Below, in pieces: positions 47,188 to 57,511 of a DNA stretch of 64,000 nucleotides. The number at the start of each line of letters is the position of its first letter. Positions within the stretch are counted from its first letter, which is position 1. This DNA is from a virus: positions 182,338-246,337 of IMG/VR virus record IMGVR_UViG_3300031418_000005; one strand, given 5' to 3'. Made by a program: the position numbers and the translations under genes. The notes below the pieces were generated by a model. The model saw only the letters and a program-made list of their open reading frames with translations. It made no database searches and was not told the origin of the DNA.

Positions 47188-48024
47188 CTAATCGTTGTAG
47201 TGCAGCAGCCAATCGCCACCGACGTAAGGATCGTTAACGTTGGTGATAACCAGCACGTTATCGTACAATTTATTCGCACGCGACTCGGCAGTGGTTTTCA
47301 CACGTTTAATACTGGCCCCGGTATAGTCGAAAGACGGGAGTCCACGACTCACCAACAGCGTTACCAGGTTATCACTGGCCCCACTGGTAAAGTTTGCCCC
47401 CACATCCATACGCCCATTCACAAAGCTCTGCATGATTTGCGGCTCGTCTGTGAAATCATGGCCGTATCCCAGCATCGTGACACAAAGCTTCTTGTCTTTT
47501 GCCTCAATGGGGTGTTTCAGGACACTCAACACGTCATCCAGAATCCCTTCCTCGAGTGCGTTCTTACCCTTAACCGAATTAAAGGTAAAGCCCCCGGTGT
47601 ACTGAACACAGGTAGCGAGCACGTTCACCGTGTTCTTGTTGTTCAGGTACACGTAGATGTCTGGGATATCACCGGCTTCCAGGTTGAGTCCGTAACGGGC
47701 ATTCACGTTTTGCACAAACGCCAGTTTCTTCGGCTCAGTATACAGCGCACCGTATGCCTGGGGTGATGTGACCGTTGGGGTCATGTTCTTGAATAAGTCG
47801 TTCAGCGACAGACGCTTGTAGCGGAAGGTTTGTCCGCCCGCGTAACCACGACCTTGACGGCCACGGATGACAATCTCGGTATTGGCACCGGTCTCAGTAG
47901 GTGCAATCGCTTTCGGGGTTCCGATAAGTGCGTTGTTCAACCCCATAGGCATAATCGCCCCAGGGTTCTCCGCATTGATTGCATCAAAGAGATACTGTCG
48001 CTGAGACTGACTATAGATCGCCAT
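47188..48024 (-). CDS. Putative virion structural protein (RNT/YDR family), 278 aa
   Basis: ANT..GRGYAG..YKRL; ends LLHYND. Confidence 0.7.
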   Translation of the reverse strand: MAIYSQSQRQYLFDAINAENPGAIMPMGLNNALIGTPKAIAPTETGANTEIVIRGRQGRGYAGGQTFRYKRLSLNDLFKNMTPTVTSPQAYGALYTEPKKLAFVQNVNARYGLNLEAGDIPDIYVYLNNKNTVNVLATCVQYTGGFTFNSVKGKNALEEGILDDVLSVLKHPIEAKDKKLCVTMLGYGHDFTDEPQIMQSFVNGRMDVGANFTSGASDNLVTLLVSRGLPSFDYTGASIKRVKTTAESRANKLYDNVLVITNVNDPYVGGDWLLHYND

Positions 48025-48092
48025 AGCAGCCTCCTCGGCACAGAAAAAAGAAAGCAGTGCTAGGAGGAGGATAGCCTCCCCCTAGCGTGCCA

Positions 48093-48989
48093 TTAGGCGT
48101 TGAAGTGCAGGAACATGGTACCCGTGAAGTTAGAGCATTTGGTATCATCCAGCTCCAGCAGCATCACTTTGTTGTAAGCGGTGTTTGCGCCTTCAACCGG
48201 TTTGCCGGTGCCGTCGTCTGCAGTCAGACCCACGTATGTCACGTTCGCGCCTTTCAGGTTGTAGTCCTTAGAGGCATCTTCCGCGACCCACAGTTCCGGA
48301 ACCACTTTGTTCAGCTCAACGGCAAATGCAGTATCGTTCGCCATTACACCGGTAGCCTGTACATCCAGGAACTGGCCGATAGCCGAGCAATCCACACCGT
48401 AGGAGTAGATGTATGCCTGACCTTTATCCTCAATCGGCGTATCCGGGTACACCAGACCGTCGAGCTGGGTCTGGGTGATAACCAGGCTCAGACGCTCACC
48501 AACCTGTGGCTTGGCACCGATTTTCACCGGGATTTTACCCAGGAAGGCGTAGCAGTCATCTTTGAACACGATTTCGTGGTCAACCGGAGCCGGGTCTGGA
48601 TCTTCCGGGTTGGTCACCGGTGGGTTGGTGTTGTCCGGAATGGCCGCCGGGACGATATCGTCTTCGGTCAGTTTCAGACCGTACTGCTCGTTCAGTTTCG
48701 GCAGCAGGTCAGTGGTGGTTTTCGGCGTTTTCACGTCGATGTACGCGGTCACGTTCAGGAACAGCTTTTCACCGTCCAGACGGTTGTAGGTCACACCCTG
48801 GTCACCAATGTAACCGGAGTTCTTACGCGCCTTTACATCCATCGCGGTGTTACGGTCAGCTTTGTCATCCCCGGTGTTTTCAACAGGCGTGCCCAGAATG
48901 ATTTTGGACAGGTCGAGATTAGCCCCGCTGTTCTTCTCGTTGATGAAGTCCAGAACCAGGACGTCGGACGTTTTGTTTAAAGGTTTCAT
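48093..48989 (-). CDS. Putative virion structural protein (RNT/YDR family), 298 aa
   Basis: RNT..SGYIG..YNRL; LDGLVYP..GQAYIYS. Confidence 0.7.
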   Translation of the reverse strand: MKPLNKTSDVLVLDFINEKNSGANLDLSKIILGTPVENTGDDKADRNTAMDVKARKNSGYIGDQGVTYNRLDGEKLFLNVTAYIDVKTPKTTTDLLPKLNEQYGLKLTEDDIVPAAIPDNTNPPVTNPEDPDPAPVDHEIVFKDDCYAFLGKIPVKIGAKPQVGERLSLVITQTQLDGLVYPDTPIEDKGQAYIYSYGVDCSAIGQFLDVQATGVMANDTAFAVELNKVVPELWVAEDASKDYNLKGANVTYVGLTADDGTGKPVEGANTAYNKVMLLELDDTKCSNFTGTMFLHFNA

Positions 48990-49009
48990 TCTAACTTCCT
49001 TTAGCAGGA

Positions 49010-49864
49010 TTATTCAGGGTCGTTGTAGTGAATGTACATACGCCCACCGAGGTTTAGGCAATACAGTGACAGTTCAATCACCAGTACATTGTCGTAAGAC
49101 GGGTTCGTTGGGAACGCAACGGTGTTCTTCCCGTTATAGACGAAAGTCGTCTCTTTCAGGTTGAAATTTATCGGGTTACGATACACCGTCCAGAGGTCAC
49201 TTGTGACTTTCTGGAGAATCTGCGCCAGACGAACAAGTTTCGCATCCGTTGCACTTGCGCCCATCGCTGCGAGTTCCACAGCGTAGTCGTCGAAGCGCCA
49301 AGGGTAGCCGTACACCGCCCCCTGACCAACCTTGGTATTAAAGTACGGGTACTCGTACGGGTTAACAGATGTCGGGTCAAAGTTACTGGGGAGCAACGCG
49401 TCGCCCGGCAACAGCTGCACCTCAATACTGCCTAACCACCCTAACGAGTCTGCGGTAGCCACCAACTCCACCACCCACGAGGAGCGGTTAATGTCGGTGT
49501 TCTCCACATCTGACGTCTTGAGCTTTAATCCGTAATACTGATTGATAAGCGGGACGACGTCGTGTGCCGTAAAGACCGAATCCAACCGGGCAGGCACGCG
49601 CAGGGGTTGGATGCCATCGAGTCCGGTGAACATCTCACTGAAATCTAGGCGGTCGTAGTAAACCGTGGTGTGACCCGTGGCATTGGCAATCGGCAACGCC
49701 TGTACCCGCACCATGGAGTTATGTCCATTGGCTTTGGTGACGTCATCCGGTTCAGTCGGGATAGAGGGAACGCCGAAGCTAACTTCGTTGTCCTTTAAGT
49801 CTAACCCGTTCTCGACGTTAATTTCGGCGAGAATCAGCTTTTCGGCTGTGTTTAAAATAGGCAT
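49010..49864 (-). CDS. Putative virion structural protein (RNT/YDR family), 284 aa
   Basis: HNS..YYDRL; GQGAVYGY; ends IHYND. Confidence 0.7.
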   Translation of the reverse strand: MPILNTAEKLILAEINVENGLDLKDNEVSFGVPSIPTEPDDVTKANGHNSMVRVQALPIANATGHTTVYYDRLDFSEMFTGLDGIQPLRVPARLDSVFTAHDVVPLINQYYGLKLKTSDVENTDINRSSWVVELVATADSLGWLGSIEVQLLPGDALLPSNFDPTSVNPYEYPYFNTKVGQGAVYGYPWRFDDYAVELAAMGASATDAKLVRLAQILQKVTSDLWTVYRNPINFNLKETTFVYNGKNTVAFPTNPSYDNVLVIELSLYCLNLGGRMYIHYNDPE

Positions 49865-49873
49865 CGTTTATCC

Positions 49874-50707
49874 TTATACCGGCTGGAAGTGAAGGATAAG
49901 TGAGCCCGTGTAGTTGCTGTCCGGGTCTAACTCAAGCGTCGCAACACGTTGGTAAGCTTCGTCGTATTTGGAGTTAGGCGTAACCGCAGTGACACCTTTG
50001 AACTTCGCCCCAAACAACGCAATCTCACCTGGCTGCGCCGCTGCCCCTGTGGTAAACGCAAACTTCAACGGCACCACTTCGTTCAGCGCATTCACATCGT
50101 CAACCGTTAACAGCCGGTTAACTGCCCAGTCTTTGGTGAAAGACGTGGATAACTCTGACCAGTCGTAACCGTACGCCACGTATTCTGCGTGCGGTTTAGC
50201 CCCCACGCTATACGGCGCAATAATCACGCTTAAATCAACATCCGCGATGATGTCTTTCAGGTCAGGAATAAACTTCGCAAAGCGGAGAGTAAACCCACCT
50301 TGCCAGGCCAGACAACCCGGTTTGATAGCGACATCTAATAACCAGCTGTCGCCTAAGTCCTTGACCGACTGGTCAACGATATCGTCAGCAATCAACGACA
50401 GGCCATACTTCTCGTTTAAGAACGGAAGTAAATCAGAAAGCTTGTCTTTCGGGTTGGTGATAACAACCGGCACCAAACCCCGGAACAACGTCGGCATGTC
50501 AATACGGTCGTACTCAATGTTAACCGTACCTTTATACCCCTGACCGTTCAGCCCATAAAGCAGCACACGCGTATTGCGCTCAGCACCTTCAGACTGAATG
50601 ATTTCCGGATAGCCAGATGCAATCTGGTTCCAGGTCAGGTTGGTGTTGTTCTGTTTGTTAATCGCCTCTAACAACATCTCACGCGAGGGCTTATTGTAAA
50701 TAGACAC
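49874..50707 (-). CDS. Putative virion structural protein (RNT/YDR family), 277 aa
   Basis: RNTRV..GYKG..YDRI; ends LHFQPV. Confidence 0.7.
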   Translation of the reverse strand: MSIYNKPSREMLLEAINKQNNTNLTWNQIASGYPEIIQSEGAERNTRVLLYGLNGQGYKGTVNIEYDRIDMPTLFRGLVPVVITNPKDKLSDLLPFLNEKYGLSLIADDIVDQSVKDLGDSWLLDVAIKPGCLAWQGGFTLRFAKFIPDLKDIIADVDLSVIIAPYSVGAKPHAEYVAYGYDWSELSTSFTKDWAVNRLLTVDDVNALNEVVPLKFAFTTGAAAQPGEIALFGAKFKGVTAVTPNSKYDEAYQRVATLELDPDSNYTGSLILHFQPV

Positions 50708-50716
50708 TCAGACCCC

Positions 50717-51514
50717 CTAGTTGTTAAAGTGTAAGTTCAAAGCACCACGGAAGTTTGTGCAAAGGTCAGTGAGTTCCACTGAAACCACTTTGGCATACTT
50801 CTCATTCGCACCCGGTAAGTCCGCAGGAACGCCATCAAAGATGACTTTCGCATTACGGAGGTTGTACGGTGCCGGGGTGTCTTGTGCCACCCAAATCTCG
50901 GGCACGCATTTGTTTAACTCTACTGCTAGCGCTGTGTCATCTACATCGATACCTACTGCTAACTTGCTCAGGAACGGTGAGATGCGGCTGCAGTCGACGT
51001 CGCGCGAATAGATATACGCTTGACCGAATTGCGTGTCTTGATGATCAGGGTACAGAAGACCGTCCAGCTCCGTGTTTGGAATCACATCCGCCAGGGGTGT
51101 TGCCGGTTTGATTTGGATAACAGCAACGCTTCGCCACTCGTGGGAATCGGTTACTGCTACGACATCATGGGATGTGCCAGTGACTGGATTATCTTCGATA
51201 TCCTCAGCCACAATCTTCAACCCAAACCGTTCGTTTATCGCGGTGAGTAAGTCGTGCGTGGTATGCACATCTTCATCACCAAAGACGTTATTGTCTTTCA
51301 GGTAATCTTCTAATGGGCGACGGTGATAATCCACTGTCACCTGGGAACCTTCATCCCCGCGCATTTTGGAAGTCAATACTACCTGCGAATCACGCCCATC
51401 TACTGACACCACCTCTGGCAGTCCAATATCAACGTCGTCCAAGGTTAGCGGAGGGCTAATTTGGTTTTCTTCGTTGATGAGTTTTAGCAGATTCTGTTTA
51501 GAAGTAAGAGACAT
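50717..51514 (-). CDS. Putative virion structural protein (RNT/YDR family), 265 aa
   Basis: Likely start MSLTSK at 51514; C-half closely resembles 48093-48989 (LDGLLYP..GQAYIYSRDVDCS..ELNK.VPE). Confidence 0.7.
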   Translation of the reverse strand: MSLTSKQNLLKLINEENQISPPLTLDDVDIGLPEVVSVDGRDSQVVLTSKMRGDEGSQVTVDYHRRPLEDYLKDNNVFGDEDVHTTHDLLTAINERFGLKIVAEDIEDNPVTGTSHDVVAVTDSHEWRSVAVIQIKPATPLADVIPNTELDGLLYPDHQDTQFGQAYIYSRDVDCSRISPFLSKLAVGIDVDDTALAVELNKCVPEIWVAQDTPAPYNLRNAKVIFDGVPADLPGANEKYAKVVSVELTDLCTNFRGALNLHFNN

Positions 51515-51600
51515 CGCGTTAACTCGTTTAAAGGGATTGTTGAGGTCACGTCTATGACCCCCTGCCAGCATAATAAAAGGGGCAAAAAAAGAAAGGGAAA

Positions 51601-51620
51601 AGGGAGGCCGAAGCCTCCCT
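51601..51620 (-). terminator. Intrinsic terminator
   Basis: AGGGAGGC-CGAA-GCCTCCCT with an A-rich flank. Confidence 0.75.
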
Positions 51621-51625
51621 GGGTA

Positions 51626-53440
51626 TTACTTCGCCGGAATAGACGATTCAACCTTGATGTAACCTTGCGTCACCCGCTCAGTCACTGGGTCGGTAATCTT
51701 CACCGGCAGGTAGCCGTCTTGCAGCGCAAAGCGCAGCAGGAGTTCACCGTTACCGTTCCAACCAATGCCGTTCTTCGCACCGAGGTACATACCGGTGACA
51801 GCGTCATTCAACGTTACGGTGCTACCCGCAGCGGTAGCCTGTGCATCTGCCATGGCTTGCATGTCGGCAAGCGTGATGGTACTCCCTTCGAATTTAAACT
51901 CGAACGGAATACCGGCTTCGAAACGTGACTTCGACGTGGTTTCCACTTTCGGGGAAACGTAACGTGTCCAGTCAAACAGTTCGACGAACAGGTGACAGGT
52001 GTTCTTGAACGGTTTAGTGAACTTAACGTTCTTGACCGGGCAAGCACCTTCGCCGTCCCACTGGACGTCCGCGTAGTTCGAGGATACGGTTTTGATGCTA
52101 ATGATACACGCACCGTGTGCACTGCCACCACCACCTAGCTTGTTTTCACCCGCATTGACAGCGTTGTACCCGCGAGTACCTTGCAGGGTAATCTTGACGT
52201 TCTCACCCACACCGGTGGTGCGGACACTGCCCAGATAGAACCACTGTGAGGAAGCGCGGTTGTTATCCAGACGACCGATAGGCGAGAAGTATTTCGCTGC
52301 GATGGAACCCGCCACTTCGATACCGTGCCATTCAAGCTGCAGGTCACCTTTCTCGTAGCCAGACAGACCTGGCCAGTTTGAGGCACCGGTACCCTTATCA
52401 AAACCACTTGTCCCTTGCAGGTTGATGTGGTGACGCGTCAGGCGGGCGTTTTGAATCAGCATCTTGCCCGAGTCTTCGATGGAGAAGTTGTCAATCAGCC
52501 AGTGGCCATCTGACAGGTCGCCAGGGTTCTCAGTGTGCTCAATCCAACCGTTGGTAATCTGCGACTGGGTCGCACGCGGCAGGTCTAACAGATGCGGGCC
52601 GGTACACTGTTGCAAGTTAAAGTTCGACAGCTCAATTGCTGTCTGGTGATCCCAGGTGCCCCAAGCCTGACCTGACCAACGCCCACGAATAAAGGTGTTG
52701 GTGTGCTTGGAGATATAGAACTGGTCGAATTTGGTATCAAGCGCATCGAGGATGTCAAAGCCAACACCCCCAACAAATGAACTTGTCCAGTTACTGACGC
52801 GGAAGTATTGACCCCCAGCGCAGGTGTTAACCAGAAAACCTTTACGTCCAGCCACCTTTTTATCTTTCGGCGCATCGGGGTCAACTGACCCATCAAAGTT
52901 GATGTGCGCAATCGCCGTACGACGTGCGTTGATAGTAAAGATAACGCCCTCGGCGTCATCCGTTACAATCGTCGTTGCATCGAAATAACCGAAGTCGGCA
53001 TTAACCGGAGCACCGGCTACACGGAACTTGTCCAGGTAGGCCGTGTTCACGTATTTGTTGAGTTTGAATGTCCCCGCAGGATATTGTACACCCAGTGCCG
53101 GGATGTTCTTTTGTGACCAACGCATCATGCGGTCAAATGCGTCAGACGTATCTACCTTACCACCACCAACTGCCCCGAAGTGACAGATGTTGATTTCGTG
53201 CAGCGAGTTCAGTGCACGTTTCCAGCGCGCGCCTTGTGGCGTCACGACACAATAGCCCCCATCGTCCGGTGTGGTCTTGTCGTTTTCGTCGTGGACGAAA
53301 TAACCACCGCCGTAGCCAGTGCCCTGGCTATATTCTTTCAAATCGATTCGCTGACCCGGTTGAGCAGGTTCGGTTGCGCGCAGTGCGCCAATAGAAGCAC
53401 AACGATCAAATGAAATGACGGCCATCGCTTGGGTGGTCAT
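51626..53440 (-). CDS. Tailspike-like beta-helix polysaccharide depolymerase (AmsF/WceF-like), 604 aa
   Basis: GGGYF..DDGG..WKR tailspike-type domain followed by a pectate_lyase_3-like FGAVGGGKVDTSDAF start and a beta-helix-like body. Confidence 0.7.
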   Translation of the reverse strand: MTTQAMAVISFDRCASIGALRATEPAQPGQRIDLKEYSQGTGYGGGYFVHDENDKTTPDDGGYCVVTPQGARWKRALNSLHEINICHFGAVGGGKVDTSDAFDRMMRWSQKNIPALGVQYPAGTFKLNKYVNTAYLDKFRVAGAPVNADFGYFDATTIVTDDAEGVIFTINARRTAIAHINFDGSVDPDAPKDKKVAGRKGFLVNTCAGGQYFRVSNWTSSFVGGVGFDILDALDTKFDQFYISKHTNTFIRGRWSGQAWGTWDHQTAIELSNFNLQQCTGPHLLDLPRATQSQITNGWIEHTENPGDLSDGHWLIDNFSIEDSGKMLIQNARLTRHHINLQGTSGFDKGTGASNWPGLSGYEKGDLQLEWHGIEVAGSIAAKYFSPIGRLDNNRASSQWFYLGSVRTTGVGENVKITLQGTRGYNAVNAGENKLGGGGSAHGACIISIKTVSSNYADVQWDGEGACPVKNVKFTKPFKNTCHLFVELFDWTRYVSPKVETTSKSRFEAGIPFEFKFEGSTITLADMQAMADAQATAAGSTVTLNDAVTGMYLGAKNGIGWNGNGELLLRFALQDGYLPVKITDPVTERVTQGYIKVESSIPAK

Positions 53441-53630
53441 GGTGCTCTCCTGTGATTAAAGGTCGGTTTACTGCATAGCATTTTCCGCCAGGAGAACAGA
53501 TTTAAATCAAGAGGGTATCACAACCTGAGGGCAAACGAAAAAAAAAAGAATTGGCAGTGTAAGGTGCTTGACGCCCCAGGGCTACCCCAGGACGTCAACA
53601 TCGCAAATGTTGCATTTGCATACGCACACC

Positions 53631-53864
53631 TTAGGCCATGAACAGGAGGCCGCCAGATTCTTTTTTGTCTTTGTTACCGTAAACTACGTCCAGTTTGTCA
53701 ACCAGTTCGTTGCCACGTTTCAGTTCTTTCATCACTGCTTCACGTTCGGTGTGAGACAGTTTCAGAAGCACGTCCAGCAGGTCTGGTTTACGAGAGACAG
53801 TTTTGGTACCGTTGTTTGCAGTGTTGATTACAGAAGTAGTAGTAGCGGTGAATGAGTTACGCAT
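53631..53864 (-). CDS. Small early hypothetical protein, 77 aa
   Basis: TAAGGA RBS; within the early promoter unit. Confidence 0.65.
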   Translation of the reverse strand: MRNSFTATTTSVINTANNGTKTVSRKPDLLDVLLKLSHTEREAVMKELKRGNELVDKLDVVYGNKDKKESGGLLFMA

Positions 53865-53946
53865 GGTGAATTTCCTTATTGTCTTGTGAGTTGAATTTTA
53901 GAGTTAGAATAAGAGAAGGGAGAGCCTAGGCTCTCCCGGTTGTTAC

Positions 53947-54369
53947 TTAGTACAGTTCAGCTTTCGCTTTGTTCATGAAAGCCGCTTCCATGTCTTTGGT
54001 TGTTTGAGAGAGTGCTTTGCGCGCAGCTTTAACTTCTGGGTAAGTGCGCATACGCTCGTACATCTCTTCAATCATATCCGGGATGTTATCCGCCTCAAAC
54101 GGATGGTTCATGCCCAGGCGCATTTCACGCATGATGGTCAGCGTGTTCACCTGGTCATTGAAAGCGAGGTCAGAGTCGAAGTCTTCACGTTTGTGGTCTG
54201 CCATCATCGCTACCTGGTTCTGAGCGTGAGTGACATGCCTCTGGAAAGCTTCAACATCGATATCGTTAACTTTGCCAGCAGTGGTGTAATAACCAATTAC
54301 TGTCAGCAGTGCAGTCGGGTTAGATTTAGCCAGAGCGCGTACGTTGTCGTTCAGAGTGATAGTATTCAT
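53947..54369 (-). CDS. Early hypothetical protein, 140 aa
   Basis: First gene after the early promoter; AAGGA RBS; followed by hairpin GGGAGAGCCTAGGCTCTCCC. Confidence 0.75.
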   Translation of the reverse strand: MNTITLNDNVRALAKSNPTALLTVIGYYTTAGKVNDIDVEAFQRHVTHAQNQVAMMADHKREDFDSDLAFNDQVNTLTIMREMRLGMNHPFEADNIPDMIEEMYERMRTYPEVKAARKALSQTTKDMEAAFMNKAKAELY

Positions 54370-54422
54370 TGTACAATTTCCTTTAGGTTAAATGGTCGAT
54401 TAGTGAGAGATTTGTATTAACT

Positions 54423-54449
54423 CTCACCTAAGTAATATATATCTGAAAT
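54423..54449 (-). promoter_or_regulatory. phiKZ-like early promoter
   Basis: Identical 27-mer to 5510-5536, contains TATATTAC. Confidence 0.75.
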
Positions 54450-54483
54450 AATTTTTAATCAACCCTGAGACAAAAAAAAGAAA

Positions 54484-54509
54484 TACCCTACTCCAGGAGG
54501 AGTAGGGTA
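54484..54509 (-). terminator. Intrinsic terminator
   Basis: TACCCTACTCC-AGGA-GGAGTAGGGTA with an A-run on the left. Confidence 0.75.
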
Positions 54510-54513
54510 CCAC

Positions 54514-54906
54514 TTAGTTTAACTGCTCAGCTGTAGCGGTGATACCACCATGACCTGGCTGATAGTGATGTGTTTCTATTGCGTCATTGTGTAGCCATTG
54601 AAGAACCAGTTGGTAGTTCTCATTGGAAATGATCTTAACGCGACAAACATGCTCAACACCCCCAGTCTCGCGGAAGGCATTACAGATATGTTCAAAGCGT
54701 TCATCTTCTACAATCTGAGGGCAATAGTACCACTTGAAACGAATACCATTACGGCCACCGGGAAACACATGGGAGTTACCAATCGCCAGATAGTAACAGT
54801 CCGGGATCAGCTCTCCTAGTGTGTTACCGGTTTCGTAAAAGACGGTACCGTCGTCGAACGTGTACACGGCTTTCCCGTTTGGCAGTATTTCCTTTCCGGC
54901 CATCAC
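54514..54906 (-). CDS. Hypothetical protein, 130 aa
   Basis: GGAGG RBS; overlaps the upstream stop. Confidence 0.7.
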   Translation of the reverse strand: MMAGKEILPNGKAVYTFDDGTVFYETGNTLGELIPDCYYLAIGNSHVFPGGRNGIRFKWYYCPQIVEDERFEHICNAFRETGGVEHVCRVKIISNENYQLVLQWLHNDAIETHHYQPGHGGITATAEQLN

Positions 54907-55811
54907 TTACCTCCGTCACGTTCCTGTAAAGCATCGCGCAGATTATCCATGTCTTCCATAGTCGGACTACGGAGTTTCACGTCAACCTTGCTGTGCGGAA
55001 GAGTCACCTTTAACTCTTTTTCCACAAACCGTTTAACAATGATCGCCAACACATCTTGCGCTTTCTCAGGACTATATTCGGACGCGGTTTCCGAATTGAG
55101 GGAATCCAACAGAGCCTGCTCCTGAACAGTCCCGAACTCCTTAACAATGGACGCCATCGTTTCATCGTCCAGCGTGTCGATAAGTTTCGCAGGGATACCG
55201 TCGATATTCCCGCTACTCTTAAGTTGCACGCCTTTGATTTCCGGCAGGTTCAGCAGTTCACCTTTGCTGTTAGTCGGGCGACCTTGGTCGTCAACCCAGC
55301 GACTGAACACACCGTAGCCACCCTCTTCCCATCTCGTGAAGACGGTTTCCAGATGGACACCGTTCTCATTTGGTGCACTCTTAACCGTGTGGCGCTCAGA
55401 ACGAAGTATACGTTCAATTTCCGGCGGGGTTGGTTTTGAACCCGGACGATTGGTTAACGCAACATAAGCCGTACCGGTACGCATCGGAAGTTCACCACCC
55501 ATCGCCGTGGGTTCATTACGGACAAACGAAGCAATATCGACCTCTGCCGTAGATTGCGGGAAGTTCTTTTTCATAAACCGCATATACCAACCCGCCACCG
55601 TGCGAATAACTTTCGGCATTTGAGACCGGCGGTCACGACCTCGCTTCCCGTGTATCTTGCGCATCTCTGCACACATGGTGAGTGAGGAGTATTTAGAGAA
55701 CCCATCGCTCACCCACTGGCCATCCTGCACAATCAGTTTCTTACCGACAGCAACACAGATACGCGGTGACAGTATCACCACACCGTTCTTACGCTTCTTA
55801 GGCTTAAGCAT
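54903..55811 (-). CDS. Hypothetical protein, about 302 aa
   Basis: Likely start MLKPKKRK at 55811 after AAGGAG. Confidence 0.7.
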   Translation of the reverse strand: MLKPKKRKNGVVILSPRICVAVGKKLIVQDGQWVSDGFSKYSSLTMCAEMRKIHGKRGRDRRSQMPKVIRTVAGWYMRFMKKNFPQSTAEVDIASFVRNEPTAMGGELPMRTGTAYVALTNRPGSKPTPPEIERILRSERHTVKSAPNENGVHLETVFTRWEEGGYGVFSRWVDDQGRPTNSKGELLNLPEIKGVQLKSSGNIDGIPAKLIDTLDDETMASIVKEFGTVQEQALLDSLNSETASEYSPEKAQDVLAIIVKRFVEKELKVTLPHSKVDVKLRSPTMEDMDNLRDALQERDGGK

Positions 55812-57183
55812 CACTTTCTCCTTTAGGGTCTTTCTTATCACGGATTTTACCGAAGTCCGGTGTGTTCGGTGAGATTTTGTTACGGTAAGCGTTCGGGCCT
55901 TCTTTCTCAATCGCCCCGAGTGAGTCAATGGTGAACTCATACGTTCCATCGCCACGCGCTTTCATGAGGCGAACAATTGCTTTCGGGTCGATGTCCCCTT
56001 CCTTCAACGCAAGATTACGCAGGGATTCCATGGCATCCGAATTAGGACAAGTGTCAATGCCAATCAACTTATCGGAAATACACTGTGAAGGCCACGCGTA
56101 GATATCAATACCCTCACGATCGAGAGGAGCGGCTACCTTACTGCCATCCAGGTAATGGTCGCCCATCGCACCGATGCGCCCATGACGTTCACCCTTATCT
56201 AACAGACACATTGAGACATGTGCTGATTTGATAAGCTCGTGGAAGTTAACCCCGAACACACCCCATTGTTGTTCCGTTAAGAAATCAATGGCATTCTGAC
56301 GTTTCGGCAACTCCCCTAATGTGTGAACGATGGTACCAATGTGTGCCAACCAACGGTGAATCTGTGGGCCAGTGGTCGGGTAGGCCAACATACGTTCCAC
56401 GCCTACCTGACGACGGAACTCCGTTAAGAAAGCAGCGATGATACTGGCCAGTCGTGCGTTCTCTTTACGGTCAAGCGGTTTACCACCGAGCGTTACCAGT
56501 ACCGTGGCAGCATGGTACTTACGTTCCGGTTCGTCGATACCAGACATATCGACATCGGCTATCTTTAAAGCTTTAAAATCTTTCACACCCAGCAGGTTTA
56601 ACGCTGCCTGGATATCCAGCATACGCTGATGCGCGGGTGAACACATTGCTCCACTACGCACATACGCTTCAAATGACGACCGGCCTGGTAAGCGTGGAGC
56701 GCTAGGTACAAGAATCGTCAACGGTCTGCTGGCGCGCGTTTCACGAATGCGATCGTAGAGCCTTTGCATTTCAGGCGACATTTGAACGTTGAGCGTCGGT
56801 GGGGGGTATCTCTCCCAAGAATCCAGGATGTCCCGGAACGCTTCTTCCTGGGCTTTCTTCATCGCAGCGGTCACGACAGGTCGTGGGAACTTACGCAGCA
56901 TGTATAGCGTGTTACGGCCAGGCACCCAACTGAGTAGCCATTCCAGCTGGGTTAAACGGTAGGCGTCGCGCAGAGGTTTGCGTAACTGAAAATAATCACC
57001 TTTTGCGCCGTTGCGATCTTCAACGATATCGCGAACATGTTTACCTGCCTCGTACAGGGTCTTACGGTCAACACGTTTCACCAACTTTTTGCCAAGGTAG
57101 ATATTGGCACGGTCTGCACGAGAGCTACGCGGTAATTCTACTTTTACCATCTGCAGACGGATTTGTTTACGGGGTTTCAACAT
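55804..57183 (-). CDS. Hypothetical protein, 459 aa
   Basis: TAAGGAG RBS; basic N-terminus MLKPRKQ. Confidence 0.75.
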   Translation of the reverse strand: MLKPRKQIRLQMVKVELPRSSRADRANIYLGKKLVKRVDRKTLYEAGKHVRDIVEDRNGAKGDYFQLRKPLRDAYRLTQLEWLLSWVPGRNTLYMLRKFPRPVVTAAMKKAQEEAFRDILDSWERYPPPTLNVQMSPEMQRLYDRIRETRASRPLTILVPSAPRLPGRSSFEAYVRSGAMCSPAHQRMLDIQAALNLLGVKDFKALKIADVDMSGIDEPERKYHAATVLVTLGGKPLDRKENARLASIIAAFLTEFRRQVGVERMLAYPTTGPQIHRWLAHIGTIVHTLGELPKRQNAIDFLTEQQWGVFGVNFHELIKSAHVSMCLLDKGERHGRIGAMGDHYLDGSKVAAPLDREGIDIYAWPSQCISDKLIGIDTCPNSDAMESLRNLALKEGDIDPKAIVRLMKARGDGTYEFTIDSLGAIEKEGPNAYRNKISPNTPDFGKIRDKKDPKGESDA

Positions 57184-57210
57184 TTTACATACTCCTTAAG
57201 GGTTTACTGC

Positions 57211-57498
57211 TTAACGTGTAGTTGGGAAATCGATGACTGGACACTCAACACAATCCGGGGGTAGTTGCCCGTCATTAAGTGCGCACATCTCTTTGTCAAT
57301 CTTAACCTGTTCTTCTGGCGTGCGACCTTTACGCATCACTTCAAGAATTTGATGCCGTGGATAATCCTGTCGCAACATAAACTCAACCATTGCGACAGTA
57401 AAGATACGCTCGTGTTCCAACTGTGCCAGTACGGCATCTTGCGACTCACGCCACTGCGTATAAAACGTATTTCTAAACCAGGCTACAAGCTTAGCCAT
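57211..57498 (-). CDS. Hypothetical protein, 95 aa
   Basis: TAAGGAG RBS. Confidence 0.7.
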   Translation of the reverse strand: MAKLVAWFRNTFYTQWRESQDAVLAQLEHERIFTVAMVEFMLRQDYPRHQILEVMRKGRTPEEQVKIDKEMCALNDGQLPPDCVECPVIDFPTTR

Positions 57499-57511
57499 TT
57501 TATCTTACTCC

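Noticed and set aside
54903-57183. Adjacent genes both starting MLKP(R/K)K as possible paralogs
   Set aside because: Similarity does not visibly extend beyond the short basic N-terminus.
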